This document shows positions 27,872 through 37,701 of a stretch of DNA of 64,000 bases, piece after piece. The notes beneath the pieces were generated by a model. That model was given only the letters and a program-made list of their open reading frames with translations, was not told the origin of the DNA and made no database searches. The translations under genes were made by a program, and so were the position numbers. Location: contig LBYD01000001.1 of NCBI GenBank assembly GCA_000995965.1, positions 76,923-140,922 of the forward strand, read 5' to 3'. Position 1 is the first letter of the stretch, and each line of letters opens with the position of its first letter. The stretch comes from Candidatus Moranbacteria bacterium GW2011_GWC2_40_12. GTDB lineage: Bacteria > Patescibacteriota > Minisyncoccia > Moranbacterales > UBA11712.

Positions 27872-29494
27872 GTTTATCGCGCTTTTGATAAATTCTTTGA
27901 AAAGCGGATGCGGGTGAAGCGGAGAAGATTTGAATTCGGGGTGGAATTGGGTTCCGAGGTGGAAAGGATGCGATTTTTTGGGAAGTTCGGCGATTTCCAT
28001 GAGGCGGCCGTTGGGCGAAGTGCCGGAAAATGCGAGGCCGGATTTTTCGAGCCGCGCGATGTATTCCGGATTCACCTCCCAGCGGTGGCGGTGGCGTTCG
28101 GAAATAGTTTGGCTTTTGTAAGCTCCAAAAGCGATGGTATTTTTCTTGAGCGTTGCCGGATAAGCTCCGAGCCGCATGGTCGCGCCAAAATTTTTGTCGG
28201 CGAGATTCTTTTTTTGCTCGGGCATAATATCAATCACAGGATATTTTGTATCGCGGTTTATTTCTGTGGTATTCGCGCCCTTGAGGCCAAGGACATTTCT
28301 CGCGAATTCAATCACAAGAAGCTGCATGCCATAGCAAAGGCCAAAATAAGGTATCCGGTTTTTGCGGCAAAATTCGATCGCTTTTATTTTTCCTTCCACT
28401 CCCCGCTCTCCGAATCCACCGGGGACGATTATTCCCGCGTATTTTTTTAGTTCACGGACTTTGGCTGGATTTCTTTGATATTCTTCCGAGTTGAGCCAGT
28501 CGATTACCGGTTTTCTTTTAAATGAATAGCAAGCGTGTTTTATTGCTTCGATGACAGAAATATATGCATCAGAAAGCACAAAATCACCTGTCCCGAAATA
28601 TTTTCCGACAATGCCGATCCTAAGCGGCTTTTTTGAAATGCGGATGTTTCTCGCCATGGCCCGCCACTTAACCAAATCCTTTTTCTTGGGCCGGAGCCCC
28701 ATTTTTTTGAGAATTGTCCGGCTCAGGCCGTCATTTTCAAAATTGACCGGAACCTCATATACAGAATCAATGTCCGGCGCGCTAATAACATCCTCTTCCC
28801 GAAGATTGCAATGATCGGCTAATTTTTCTTTTCTTTTCTTGTCGAGAGATATTTCGGAGCGGGCAATGATAATGTCGGGCTGGATGCCGGCGGCATTCAA
28901 GGACCGGACGGCATATTGGGTCGGTTTCGTTTTCATCTCTCCGATTTTGTTCGGTACGGGAAGATAGCTGACAAGGACAAAAAGCACATCGCCGCGGCTG
29001 GCAAGCCGGAGCATTCTGCCTGCCTCGAGAAACAAAAGCCCCTGATATTCGCCAAGCGTTCCGCCGATTTCAATGAGCATAATATCGGCTTTCGATTTTT
29101 TTTGCGCCTTTTGGATGCGGCGGATGATTTCTTTCGGAACATCCGGCACGACGTCGACGCAGCGGCCGCCATAGCCCATCGAGCGCTCACGGTCGATGAT
29201 CGTTTTATATACCATGCCGTTGGTCATATAGTTTTCTCTCGAGAGCTTCAGATTCAAAAATCTCTCATAATGGCCCATGTCCTGGTCTGTCTCGAGTCCA
29301 TCGTCCAAAACAAACACTTCTCCATGCTCGGTCGGGTTCATAGTTCCCGCGTCAACATTGAGATACGGGTCAATTTTCATGACGGTCACGCGAAAGCCTT
29401 TTGATTGCAAAATGTTCCCGATTGAAGCAGTAGCAATCCCCTTTCCGACTCCGCTCATCACTCCTCCAACGACAAAGATGTATTTTGGTTTCAT
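27854..29494 (-). CDS. pyrG: CTP synthase
   Basis: MKPKYIFVVGGVMSGVGKGI, and a GATase domain GLCYGMQ…HRHRWEVN. 546 aa. Confidence 0.95.
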   Translation of the reverse strand: MKPKYIFVVGGVMSGVGKGIATASIGNILQSKGFRVTVMKIDPYLNVDAGTMNPTEHGEVFVLDDGLETDQDMGHYERFLNLKLSRENYMTNGMVYKTIIDRERSMGYGGRCVDVVPDVPKEIIRRIQKAQKKSKADIMLIEIGGTLGEYQGLLFLEAGRMLRLASRGDVLFVLVSYLPVPNKIGEMKTKPTQYAVRSLNAAGIQPDIIIARSEISLDKKRKEKLADHCNLREEDVISAPDIDSVYEVPVNFENDGLSRTILKKMGLRPKKKDLVKWRAMARNIRISKKPLRIGIVGKYFGTGDFVLSDAYISVIEAIKHACYSFKRKPVIDWLNSEEYQRNPAKVRELKKYAGIIVPGGFGERGVEGKIKAIEFCRKNRIPYFGLCYGMQLLVIEFARNVLGLKGANTTEINRDTKYPVIDIMPEQKKNLADKNFGATMRLGAYPATLKKNTIAFGAYKSQTISERHRHRWEVNPEYIARLEKSGLAFSGTSPNGRLMEIAELPKKSHPFHLGTQFHPEFKSSPLHPHPLFKEFIKSAINKKWKR

Positions 29495-29502
29495 GTTTTC
29501 TT

Positions 29503-29527
29503 TACGAACTACGAATTAATTACGAAT
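29503..29527. repeat. TACGAAC/TACGAAT x3 (29503, 29510, 29521), read as ATTCGTA on the minus strand 9 nt upstream of the pyrG ATG
   Basis: Direct reading: tacgaactacgaattaattacgaat. Confidence 0.9.
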
Positions 29528-29554
29528 GCGACAATGTCTATAAAAAAGAAATTA

Positions 29555-29586
29555 TTTCAAGAAAATAAGGGTGATAAATTCACCCC
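29555..29586 (-). terminator. Candidate terminator downstream of rplI
   Basis: On the minus strand: GGGTGA aattta TCACCC followed by TTATTTTCTT. Confidence 0.45.
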
Positions 29587-29619
29587 TGCCAAAAATTATT
29601 AAAAAAGCGAAACGAAACA

Positions 29620-30072
29620 TTATTTCGTCTTCTCTTCTCCGACCAAAATTATCCTTATATTTGCCTCGAGACCGTGGTTCAGGCTGATCTGCGCGTCATA
29701 TTCTCCCATTTCCTTTATCGGTTCAAGCAGTTTAATATTTTCTGAATTAATCTCAATCCCCTCGTCTTTGAAGGTCTTTGCGATAGTTTTTTCGTTGACG
29801 GATCCGAAAAGTTTTCCTTCCGTTTCTTTCACTTTGACATAGAGTTCGCGTCCTTCGAGTTGTTCAGCCAGTTTCTGGGCTTCTTCAAGCTCGAGTTTCG
29901 CACTTTCAGCTTTTTTCTTCGTTTTATCCTCGGCATTTTTTATCGCTGCGTCTGTTGCCGGTTCGGCCATCTTTTTGGGAAACAAAAAATTTCTCGCAAA
30001 TCCGTCTGCCACTTCTTTTACTTCTCCCTCCTTGCCGAGATTATCGACATTTCTTGTTAGTATGACTTTCAT
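29620..30072 (-). CDS. rplI: 50S ribosomal protein L9
   Basis: MKVILTRNVDNLGKEGEVKEVADGFARNFLFPKKMA is the canonical L9 N-domain. An AAGGGGG Shine-Dalgarno sequence lies upstream. Confidence 0.92.
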   Translation of the reverse strand: MKVILTRNVDNLGKEGEVKEVADGFARNFLFPKKMAEPATDAAIKNAEDKTKKKAESAKLELEEAQKLAEQLEGRELYVKVKETEGKLFGSVNEKTIAKTFKDEGIEINSENIKLLEPIKEMGEYDAQISLNHGLEANIRIILVGEEKTK

Positions 30073-30095
30073 ATTATTTCTGCCCCCTTGCGATG

Positions 30096-30124
30096 ATTAT
30101 ATAGAAAATTTTGACAACTGCCAA
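30096..30124 (-). promoter_or_regulatory. Promoter TTGGCA-17-TATAAT for rplI (minus strand)
   Basis: The reverse complement of 30119-30124 is TTGGCA and that of 30096-30101 is TATAAT, with a 17-nt spacer. Confidence 0.45.
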
Positions 30125-30137
30125 TAGCCGAAATCGA

Positions 30138-31409
30138 TTAAATTTCTCCTTTCAAAATTTCGAGCGCCTTGTCCATCTGCGGATCGCGGCTGTTGTTGTA
30201 GTCATCATCGCTGATATCGATTATAACATCCGGTTCAATGCCTTTTTCCATTATATAATCTCCCTTTGGAGTAAGCCAGCGGGCAATGGTGATTCGCAGA
30301 TTTGATCCGCCTGTCATTTTTTCGAGTTGCTGGACAGAACCTTTTCCAAACGTCTTATTGCCGACCAGCTTGGCTCCGAGATCATCTCTCAAAGCTCCGG
30401 CCAATATTTCTGAAGCGCTGGCGCTGCCGCTGTTTACGAGGACGGTCACGGGGATTCCTCTGAGAATATCGCCTCCCTCGGCTTTATACTCATTCCGTTT
30501 CCCGCCCCGATCCTCTTCAGAAACCACCAAAACGTCCTTTGGAATGAATTTGGAAGCAGTCTTGACAGCTGTCTCCAGGTATCCCCCGGGATTATTTCGC
30601 AAGTCGAGTATAATGCCCGAAGACCCTCGGCCGATGACTTCATTCGCGGCTTTGCTGAATTCAAAACTTGTGTCGTCCCCGAATTTTGAAATTTTGATGA
30701 CCGCGATATTGTTTTCTTTGAATTCTACCTTAACGCTCTTGACGTTTATGGTGTCGCGGGTGATGGTTATTTCTATCGGACTTCCGTTTTTATCCCGAAG
30801 GACCGTCAGTTTCACCTCCGTGCCTTTCGGGCCGCGAATTTTTGATACTGCCTCGTCAACGGACATTTCAGTTGTCACCGTGTCGCCAATTTTCAAGATC
30901 ATATCTCCGGCTTTGAGTCCCGCCTGATCGGCCGGAGTCCCATCAATTGGGGCAATAACGGTCAGTATATCATTTTTTAGGCCGATTTCCGTTCCAATTC
31001 CTTCAAATGTTCCCTGCATATCGTTTGAAAATTGCTGGCTTTCATCCGGATTCATGAAGCTTGAAAACGGGTCGCCAAGCGATTTGACCATTCCGGAAAT
31101 AGCGCCATAAAGCATCTTATTTTTGTCAATCTTTGAGGGATCAACATATTTCTCATTGATAAGGTTCCAGGCCTCCCAAAAGAGATCAGAATCCACATCC
31201 TGCGGCTGGCTTTTGTCGTGGTTTTCAAGAAGAAGATTTTGAATCAAGTCAGTCTTGTTGGCTTTTGCGGATTTGTATTGGGAATAAAAAACTCCGCCAT
31301 AAAAACTGGCGCATACAAGCACGATGATCAGGAAAAAACGGAAATGTTTTCGGAAAGAATTCCTGGGCGGCTGGATATTTGCTTCTTCAGACGAGTTTGT
31401 TTCGTTCAT
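30138..31409 (-). CDS. ctp: S41 carboxyl-terminal processing peptidase with PDZ domain
   Basis: PDZ domain GLKAGDMILKIGD. Catalytic region VLVNSGSASASEILAGAL…KTFGKGSVQ. N-terminal TM anchor. Confidence 0.87.
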   Translation of the reverse strand: MNETNSSEEANIQPPRNSFRKHFRFFLIIVLVCASFYGGVFYSQYKSAKANKTDLIQNLLLENHDKSQPQDVDSDLFWEAWNLINEKYVDPSKIDKNKMLYGAISGMVKSLGDPFSSFMNPDESQQFSNDMQGTFEGIGTEIGLKNDILTVIAPIDGTPADQAGLKAGDMILKIGDTVTTEMSVDEAVSKIRGPKGTEVKLTVLRDKNGSPIEITITRDTINVKSVKVEFKENNIAVIKISKFGDDTSFEFSKAANEVIGRGSSGIILDLRNNPGGYLETAVKTASKFIPKDVLVVSEEDRGGKRNEYKAEGGDILRGIPVTVLVNSGSASASEILAGALRDDLGAKLVGNKTFGKGSVQQLEKMTGGSNLRITIARWLTPKGDYIMEKGIEPDVIIDISDDDYNNSRDPQMDKALEILKGEI

Positions 31410-31416
31410 TGGTTTT

Positions 31417-32238
31417 TTATTTATCTATGTGCGGGTTTGGCATTCCGATGTACTTCCAAAAATATTTGAGAGCGCTTCTGATGTGTTCCCGAGTCAGTTT
31501 GTTCAAGAAAACGGCCCTGAGCGCGCTTTGGCTTGCTGATCCTTTTCCGTGATAATGGAACATTTTCGCGTGAGGATAGTAAACGACTCTGAGTCTTTTC
31601 TCCCAAAACCGGCGGCACCAATCTACGTCTTCAAAATACATAAAGCCAAAATTTTCTTCCATCAAACCGACTTTTTCGAAAGCTCTTCGGGTGGTCATCA
31701 TGGCGGATCCCATTACCCAGTCAACATCTTGCGGTTTTCCGAGGTCCTTGTCTTTATACAAGAATTTGTCAATTTTTCTTTTGGCGAAACGGAATTTCCC
31801 AAGAAAAGTCCGTCGATAGACGATAATAGGCGGCGTATAAAACCGGAAACAGGAAGGTTGCACCTTTCCGTCAAAATTCATGAGTTTTGGCCCGATAATT
31901 CCTATTTGAGGATCTTTTTTCAGTTCCTGAAGCAGTATGTCAGCGGATTTTTTTTCGATTATTATATCCGCGTTTAGTATGAGAATAAAATTACCTTTTG
32001 ATTTTCTTAGCCCGTTGTTCACTAGCCTGGCAAAACCCAAATTGTCCTTATGCGGAAAGAAACGGATATCCGGGAAATCTTCCCGCATCATCATTTCTGT
32101 CTCTTCTTCTGTGGCGCTGTCAAAAACAAGGATTTCGCGGTTTTCATTGAGTATATTCTTTCTAAGTGATTCCAGGCAAAGCCGAAGAACCGAGGGGTTT
32201 TTGTAGCTTGAAACGATAATGGATAACTCTTTTTTCAT
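31417..32238 (-). CDS. GT2 glycosyltransferase
   Basis: LSIIVSSYKNPSVLRLCLESL, ILVFDSATEEE, LNADIII and YFEDVDWC. Confidence 0.8.
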   Translation of the reverse strand: MKKELSIIVSSYKNPSVLRLCLESLRKNILNENREILVFDSATEEETEMMMREDFPDIRFFPHKDNLGFARLVNNGLRKSKGNFILILNADIIIEKKSADILLQELKKDPQIGIIGPKLMNFDGKVQPSCFRFYTPPIIVYRRTFLGKFRFAKRKIDKFLYKDKDLGKPQDVDWVMGSAMMTTRRAFEKVGLMEENFGFMYFEDVDWCRRFWEKRLRVVYYPHAKMFHYHGKGSASQSALRAVFLNKLTREHIRSALKYFWKYIGMPNPHIDK

Positions 32239-32301
32239 CTCTCACATATTAATTTCCCATTTTCAGCTTCCAGCGCGTTTAGCCAGATTAACCGATTTCT
32301 T

Positions 32302-33360
32302 CTACTGGAAAATATTTCGGCATACTTCTCGAATCTTCTCATAATTTCCTCCGGTTGGCAAAAGCACGTAGGTTTTTCCTTCTGGCGTATCGGCGCGGGT
32401 CGAATAAAGCAATCCTTCATCTGATGTGTCGAATACTTTTTGGCTTATTTGCGGGTTCTGCGTCGTATTTGCCAGATTGAAAAACTTTTTCATTTCCGAA
32501 ATATCCATATCAGTGCGGACGTCTTCTCCGAGAACATTGAGGATATTGTTCACTTTTCCGAAATCGGCAAGTGTTCCGAGGCTCATCAGCTTATCCTTGA
32601 GGGCAAGCAAAACCTGCTGCTGCCGCCGAGCCCGTTCAAAGTCCGAAGAAGCGTATCGGGCACGGACAAAAAACAGGGCCTTTGAACCGTCGATGTGGTT
32701 TTTTCCGGATGGTAATGTGAAATTGAGTGCGTTTTCTCCTTCAAATTGAGTCGGCTCGGAAAAAGGGCTGTCAAGGTAGATATCAACTCCTCCGACCGTG
32801 TCAACCAACTCCTTAAAGCCGTTAAAATCTATCCGGACAGCGTAATGGATAGGAATGCCCGTTATGTCGCCGACAATTTGCTTCATGGCCTCCATGCCTT
32901 TTCCCTCTCCTTTTTCCTCATAAAGGGCATGGACAGAGTTGATTTTTCCTTGATTTGAGGTTCCGGGATAGTTTACCCAAATATCGCGGGGAATGGACAC
33001 AATCGCAACTTTGTTTTCTTTCGGCCTTGCCATCACTACCATGATGGAATCAGCCAAAAGTCCTCCGCCGAGCATGTTGTTTCCTCGCATGCCAAGCAGA
33101 AGGATATTGATTTGGCCCTCTTCTTCTCCCTGAAGCTGGTCAGAACCAATGCCCGGAATTGATTTCCAAAGCGATTTTATAAACCCGTCCCTGGTTGAAA
33201 TTTTGCTTAGGGTCGTTCCGGTCCGATACATCGCATATCCGCCAGTCGCGATCAAAAGAAGAAGAATGACCGCCAAAATCCTAAACCATCTTTTTTTCCA
33301 GAATCTTTTTTTTCTTGGCTTCGTGATTCCGTCTTCGTGTCTTGATCCGAAAATTCCCAT
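32302..33360 (-). CDS. LytR-CpsA-Psr (LCP) family cell-wall polymer ligase
   Basis: TM anchor, then INILLLGMRG…ADSIMVVMARP…SIPRDIWV…KINSVH… the LCP core pattern. Confidence 0.85.
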   Translation of the reverse strand: MGIFGSRHEDGITKPRKKRFWKKRWFRILAVILLLLIATGGYAMYRTGTTLSKISTRDGFIKSLWKSIPGIGSDQLQGEEEGQINILLLGMRGNNMLGGGLLADSIMVVMARPKENKVAIVSIPRDIWVNYPGTSNQGKINSVHALYEEKGEGKGMEAMKQIVGDITGIPIHYAVRIDFNGFKELVDTVGGVDIYLDSPFSEPTQFEGENALNFTLPSGKNHIDGSKALFFVRARYASSDFERARRQQQVLLALKDKLMSLGTLADFGKVNNILNVLGEDVRTDMDISEMKKFFNLANTTQNPQISQKVFDTSDEGLLYSTRADTPEGKTYVLLPTGGNYEKIREVCRNIFQ

Positions 33361-33467
33361 ATGTTTTTAATGCTGGTTAATTTGCGCACAAAATAAAAAT
33401 AATTAGCCTTGGAGGCATCATTCACGAGTATACTATAAAAAAATATTTATGGCAAAACAAATCGAGA

Positions 33468-33507
33468 CATAAAATAATACGCGCCCAGGGAGATGTCCTT
33501 GGGCGCG
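33468..33507 (-). terminator. Terminator downstream of rpoD
   Basis: On the minus strand: CGCGCCCA aggacatctccc TGGGCGCG followed by TATTATTTTAT. The stem is at 33480-33487 / 33500-33507. Confidence 0.55.
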
Positions 33508-33508
33508 G

Positions 33509-36091
33509 TTACGGCCTGGCTTGCAGGCTGTTGATTTTTTGGATTAAGTCCTGAATTTCGCTAAGAAGCACGGCAGGCGTTGTGTTCAATCTTTTGGCCG
33601 CTGCTATGCCAATTTTTAATTTTTCAAATCCGAGTATTGCAAGCAGTCTTATCTCAGATGGCTTTAGACGCTTGATCACTCCAGCGATTTCCGGTCTGAC
33701 GCCGTTCTTTTTCGGGTCTTTTTTTTCAAGCCTAAATTGAACAGCTCCAGAAAACTCGGGATCAAGGATTAAAGTATTGTCGTCTGCGAGCAACATAGGT
33801 TGCCACTTCTTGTTAATGCTCGGCGACCTTTCCGGTGGGACGCGAGGAATCGGCATTTCGGCTGCCGGAATAACCGGAGGCTCAATCGGGAAAATCGGCG
33901 TGCCGATCTCCGAAAAAAGCATCACAATCACTTGAGGCGGTTGGCCAAAAATAAACCTCCTTTCGCCGTCATTCCTTGTGTATGAGGTGCGAAGCGGCGG
34001 AACGCGCGGAACACGTATTTTGTCTTTCAGGATAACCGGAGGCTCAATCGGAAAAATCGGCGTGCCGATCTCCGAAAAAAGCATCTCGGTTATTCTTGGA
34101 GGATCACCGAAGACAAACCTTTTTTCTCCGATAATTTCCGTATCAGGAGATTTAGGCTTTTTGGATATGGCATTCTCCGAAACGACTTCCTTATCCTCAA
34201 AGGGTGGGTAATACCTTGGATAGCAAGCCGGCGGGCGCCGCGGCCTCGGACGATGATCCTGCGGATGCTCGCAGAGCGGAATTACAACATCCTCCACTTT
34301 TCCCGAACGCCAGTGTTTGGCGTTAAAAATTATTTCGAAATGTTGACGGTCAGGAAACGCGGGATAGTACGGATTTGAGCCCTTTTTCCTGCGATTTCCG
34401 TTAGCCGAACCCTCATCATAAAAGGATTTCAATCTTGTGACACGGGACGGATGCCGAAGTTTGCGCAGGGCTTTGGCTTCAATCTGCCGGATGCGTTCGC
34501 GCGTGACTTCGAAATCTTTATCATGCCCGACCTCCTCCAAAGTCATATCTTTTGCTTCCCCGATGCCGAAGCGCTTGCGAAGGACTTTTTCCTCGCGCGG
34601 CGTCAATGTGGTCAGCATCTTGCGGGTTTGGTCTGCCAGATTGAGACTGGCGACTGCCTCAAATGGAGTGGAAACTTTCTCATCTTTTATGAAATCGCCC
34701 AGAAAATCATTCTCATCTTCACCGACAGGAGTTTCGAAGGATATTGGTTCCTTCGCGATTTTGAGGACTTTCAGCACTTTCTCCAAAGGAAATTCCATCT
34801 TGTCGGCGATTTCTTCGGCAGTTGGCTCTCGCCCCATTTCCTGGACCAGATACCGCGAGGTCCGGATAAGCTTATTGATGGTTTCGATCATATGGACCGG
34901 TATGCGGATGGTGCGAGCTTGATCGGCGATGGCGCGGGTAATGGCCTGCCTGATCCACCAGGTGGCATATGTGCTGAATTTGTAGCCGCGCTCGTATTCG
35001 AACTTTTCCACGGCTTTCATGAGACCGACATTGCCTTCCTGGATGAGATCCAGGAATTGAAGCCCGCGGTTGGCGTATTTCTTGGCGATGCTCACCACCA
35101 GCCGCAGATTGGCTTCTACCATTTCCCGTTTGGCCTTGTGAGCTTTATACTCGCATTTTTCCAGTTTTTCCACAGTGGCCAGCAACTGGCCAGAAGGGAG
35201 ACCGATAATCTGTTCGTATCTTCGCAGTTCGTTGCGGGTTTTATTTTGCAGGTATTTCAGCTCTTCGAATCTCTCCGGTGCTAAGCCGGCCGGCAGCAGA
35301 ATTTCTGCTTCCTGTTTGGACTTCCGGACAATGTCCCTGAGCTTTGTTTCAGATATTTTGGCACAGGCGAACGCCGCATTTTTCTTGCGGATGAGATCGC
35401 GCGCCGCGGAGGCGATCACGCGCAAATCCTCGGCGATTGCCTGAAAATAAATCGGCTCGAGACGCAGTGCTTCGAAGCGATCAGCCAGACGCCGACGGGC
35501 CGCGACAATGGACCGCTGAATTTGATCAACTTCATCGCTGTCCGGCGGAAGGACTGCCAATCTTTCGCCCAGCAGGTTAATTTTTTGATATTCCGCCAAA
35601 AATCCGGAAATAATCCAAGAATTCCTGGATTTTCGATCTGCCGGATCCGTGTTCAGGTCTTCTTCGCCGAAGTCGTCGATTTTTTCTTCAGCCTTCGACA
35701 TTTTATAATTCGTTCCGTGTTTCAAGCCTTTGACGAAGTCGGCGACATTTCTCAATGAGTAAGGAATCTCAAAGAGGGTCGAAAAAAATTCTCTCTCGCC
35801 AGCTTCAATCCGTTTGGCAATCGCGACTTCCTGCTCGCGGGTAAGAAGAAGAGGAATTTCACACATATCTTTGAGATACAGGCGAACAGGATCGTCGAAT
35901 TTCATCGAAGCTTCTGTTTCAGCGTCTTTTTCTTGAAGTAGCGGACGTTCGTTAATCTCCCCTTCCTCGTTTGTTTCGTCGGCAAGATCCGATTCATAAG
36001 ATGATGAAAGCGTCCCGAAGTCTTCTACGGGTTCTCCGTTTGACAGTTGGTCAATCATAATATCCGTGACAGAATCGTCGTCGTAAGACAT
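33509..36091 (-). CDS. rpoD: Primary-type RNA polymerase sigma factor (sigma-70/RpoD) with a ~301-aa C-terminal extension
   Basis: Region 1.2 is [14 protein letters not shown]. Region 2 is [59 protein letters not shown]. Region 4.2 is TLEEVG…[20 protein letters not shown]. The canonical end …RLKSFYD is at codon ~559, and the ORF continues to 860 aa. GGAGG lies 9 nt upstream of the ATG. Confidence 0.9.
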   Translation of the reverse strand: MSYDDDSVTDIMIDQLSNGEPVEDFGTLSSSYESDLADETNEEGEINERPLLQEKDAETEASMKFDDPVRLYLKDMCEIPLLLTREQEVAIAKRIEAGEREFFSTLFEIPYSLRNVADFVKGLKHGTNYKMSKAEEKIDDFGEEDLNTDPADRKSRNSWIISGFLAEYQKINLLGERLAVLPPDSDEVDQIQRSIVAARRRLADRFEALRLEPIYFQAIAEDLRVIASAARDLIRKKNAAFACAKISETKLRDIVRKSKQEAEILLPAGLAPERFEELKYLQNKTRNELRRYEQIIGLPSGQLLATVEKLEKCEYKAHKAKREMVEANLRLVVSIAKKYANRGLQFLDLIQEGNVGLMKAVEKFEYERGYKFSTYATWWIRQAITRAIADQARTIRIPVHMIETINKLIRTSRYLVQEMGREPTAEEIADKMEFPLEKVLKVLKIAKEPISFETPVGEDENDFLGDFIKDEKVSTPFEAVASLNLADQTRKMLTTLTPREEKVLRKRFGIGEAKDMTLEEVGHDKDFEVTRERIRQIEAKALRKLRHPSRVTRLKSFYDEGSANGNRRKKGSNPYYPAFPDRQHFEIIFNAKHWRSGKVEDVVIPLCEHPQDHRPRPRRPPACYPRYYPPFEDKEVVSENAISKKPKSPDTEIIGEKRFVFGDPPRITEMLFSEIGTPIFPIEPPVILKDKIRVPRVPPLRTSYTRNDGERRFIFGQPPQVIVMLFSEIGTPIFPIEPPVIPAAEMPIPRVPPERSPSINKKWQPMLLADDNTLILDPEFSGAVQFRLEKKDPKKNGVRPEIAGVIKRLKPSEIRLLAILGFEKLKIGIAAAKRLNTTPAVLLSEIQDLIQKINSLQARP
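33870..34085 (-). repeat. Intragenic tandem duplication: two 54-bp cores (33870-33923 and 34032-34085), 53/54 identical and offset by 162 bp
   Basis: ATAACCGGAGGCTCAATCGG(G/A)AAAATCGGCGTGCCGATCTCCGAAAAAAGCATC was read twice. It encodes [18 protein letters not shown] in both copies. Confidence 0.92.
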
Positions 36092-36221
36092 TCGGGATCA
36101 CCTCCTTTCCCTTTCGGGATATTTTTTTGTCAAAGGGCAGTTGCCTGTTTAAAAAACAGAGCCCTCCTGCTCCTTTGTATAAACTAAAATATTATGCGTT
36201 TTTTGGCAAATTTACGGCTGA

Positions 36222-36250
36222 AAATAAAAAAGGCGGCCAGTAGGCCGCCC
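36222..36250 (-). terminator. Rho-independent terminator of the small upstream gene
   Basis: Minus strand: GGCGGCC tact GGCCGCC followed by TTTTTTATTTT. Confidence 0.6.
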
Positions 36251-36269
36251 GAGTCCGGGATAAAATTGA

Positions 36270-36455
36270 TTAACACGGGGATTGTTTCCCGGTCGAGGAA
36301 CAATCGGCGGTAGCGGTCGGTCTTATTCCGTTCAAAAAGTCCTTGGCTTCCTTAAGCGCCTGTTCGCTAATCACAGGCGGGCCGACTTTTTTGACTTGAG
36401 GACGACCGAACGGATGGTGTTTTTCGTGGACGTAATTTTTTCCGCTCCTTGACAT
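36270..36455 (-). CDS. Small hypothetical protein (61 aa) ending …TATADCSSTGKQSPC
   Basis: A strong GGGAGGAGGG Shine-Dalgarno sequence lies 5 nt upstream of ATG 36455. The gene has its own terminator and is G+C-richer than its surroundings. Confidence 0.55.
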   Translation of the reverse strand: MSRSGKNYVHEKHHPFGRPQVKKVGPPVISEQALKEAKDFLNGIRPTATADCSSTGKQSPC

Positions 36456-36527
36456 GGTTTCCCTCCTCCCAAAAAATATTGAAATCATGAAACTTTAGCA
36501 CACTCCAATTGATAAGTCAATGACCGT

Positions 36528-37679
36528 TCAACCCAGTAAAGATGAGTATATGTGAAGCGTTTTTTGCGCGGTTTTTTGCCAGGTGAATTTTTGGGCGGTA
36601 TTTCGTCCTTTTTCGATCAAATTGTTCCTTAGGTTTGCATTATCCAATATTTTTTGAATATTTTCAGCGAATGCGGCGCTGTTTTTCGGGTCGCAAAAAA
36701 GTGCTGAATCTTCACCTATTTCACGAAAAACTGGAATGTCCGAGCAGACAACCGGCGTGCCGGCGGCCATGGATTCGATAGCTGGAATTCCAAAGCCTTC
36801 ATAAAGTGAAGGAAAAACGAGGCACTCGGCCGTTTGAATCAAGGCGGGCTTGTCTTCTTCTTCAATCCAGCCCGGGAAAATCACTTTATCTTTAAGGTTA
36901 TTTTTGTCAATTGACTCATCAATTTTTTTGTCGAAATTATGGGCTTCCCTGTTTCCGGCCAGGATCAATTTTATGTCAAGATTTTTTATCGATTCAATAA
37001 GAACCGGAATATTTTTTCTTGGCTGCAAAGTGCCGATATGGAGGATGAATTTAGCGCCAGGTATCTGATATTTGGCCTTTACGCCATCAATTTCTCCAAG
37101 AGAAAATTTTTGGCTGAATTTTTCAAAATCAACGCCGTTATGCGTAAATTCCATTTTTTCCAGAGGGATTTTATAAAAATCAATGATATTTTTTTTCTCA
37201 CTTTCGGAAACAGTGATTATTTTGTCCGCCCGTTGAATGCTTCGCGGGAGGAGCGTTTTTAGGAAAAACAAATCGGATTTTTTGATATGCTGCGGGAAAA
37301 AATTGAATGAAATATCGTGAATCGTAAGGACTAATTTTATATTTTTCGGCAGCCAAAAGGGCGCGATATATTGGGTATGAAAAATATCCACCGGATTTTT
37401 TTTGAGATAATTCGGCAGATCCCAAAAATTCCACCAAAAGCGATTTAGCGAGTTTATGAAGATAACTCTGAAACTATCATCCAATTTTAGTTTATCAATC
37501 TCTATTTTCAGAGTACTGTCTTTTTCCGGATCGCGATCAGTGAAAAGAACATACTTGTTATCCGCAGCGGTCGAACCGCTACGATTGATTTTCGCGAGAT
37601 TTTTCACCAAATTTAAAAAATATACTTCATCACCAGTGCGTTTTTTGCCTATTGTCCGTATATCTATGCCAATTTTCAT
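36528..37679 (-). CDS. GT4 glycosyltransferase
   Basis: PSLYEGFGIPAIESMAAGTPVV (EX7E motif) and group-1 GT architecture. Confidence 0.82.
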   Translation of the reverse strand: MKIGIDIRTIGKKRTGDEVYFLNLVKNLAKINRSGSTAADNKYVLFTDRDPEKDSTLKIEIDKLKLDDSFRVIFINSLNRFWWNFWDLPNYLKKNPVDIFHTQYIAPFWLPKNIKLVLTIHDISFNFFPQHIKKSDLFFLKTLLPRSIQRADKIITVSESEKKNIIDFYKIPLEKMEFTHNGVDFEKFSQKFSLGEIDGVKAKYQIPGAKFILHIGTLQPRKNIPVLIESIKNLDIKLILAGNREAHNFDKKIDESIDKNNLKDKVIFPGWIEEEDKPALIQTAECLVFPSLYEGFGIPAIESMAAGTPVVCSDIPVFREIGEDSALFCDPKNSAAFAENIQKILDNANLRNNLIEKGRNTAQKFTWQKTAQKTLHIYSSLLG

Positions 37680-37701
37680 AAACTCGCGAATTTAGAACGA
37701 A

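Noticed and set aside
27845-28450. 201-aa + strand ORF antisense to pyrG, and similar antisense ORFs opposite hldA (3938-4432), GT genes (10147-10545, 11238-11771, 12806-13342), folD and others
   Set aside because: Each is opposite a gene with strong family motifs. None has translation signals or recognisable domains.
34451-35284. 277-aa + strand ORF and other long ORFs antisense to rpoD
   Set aside because: The minus strand encodes unmistakable sigma-70 regions 2-4. The antisense frames have no recognisable motifs.
36092-36221. Structured 5' leader or promoter of rpoD
   Set aside because: Candidate -35/-10 pairs had poor spacing or weak hexamers, and only small hairpins were found. There is not enough support to annotate beyond the GGAGG Shine-Dalgarno sequence.
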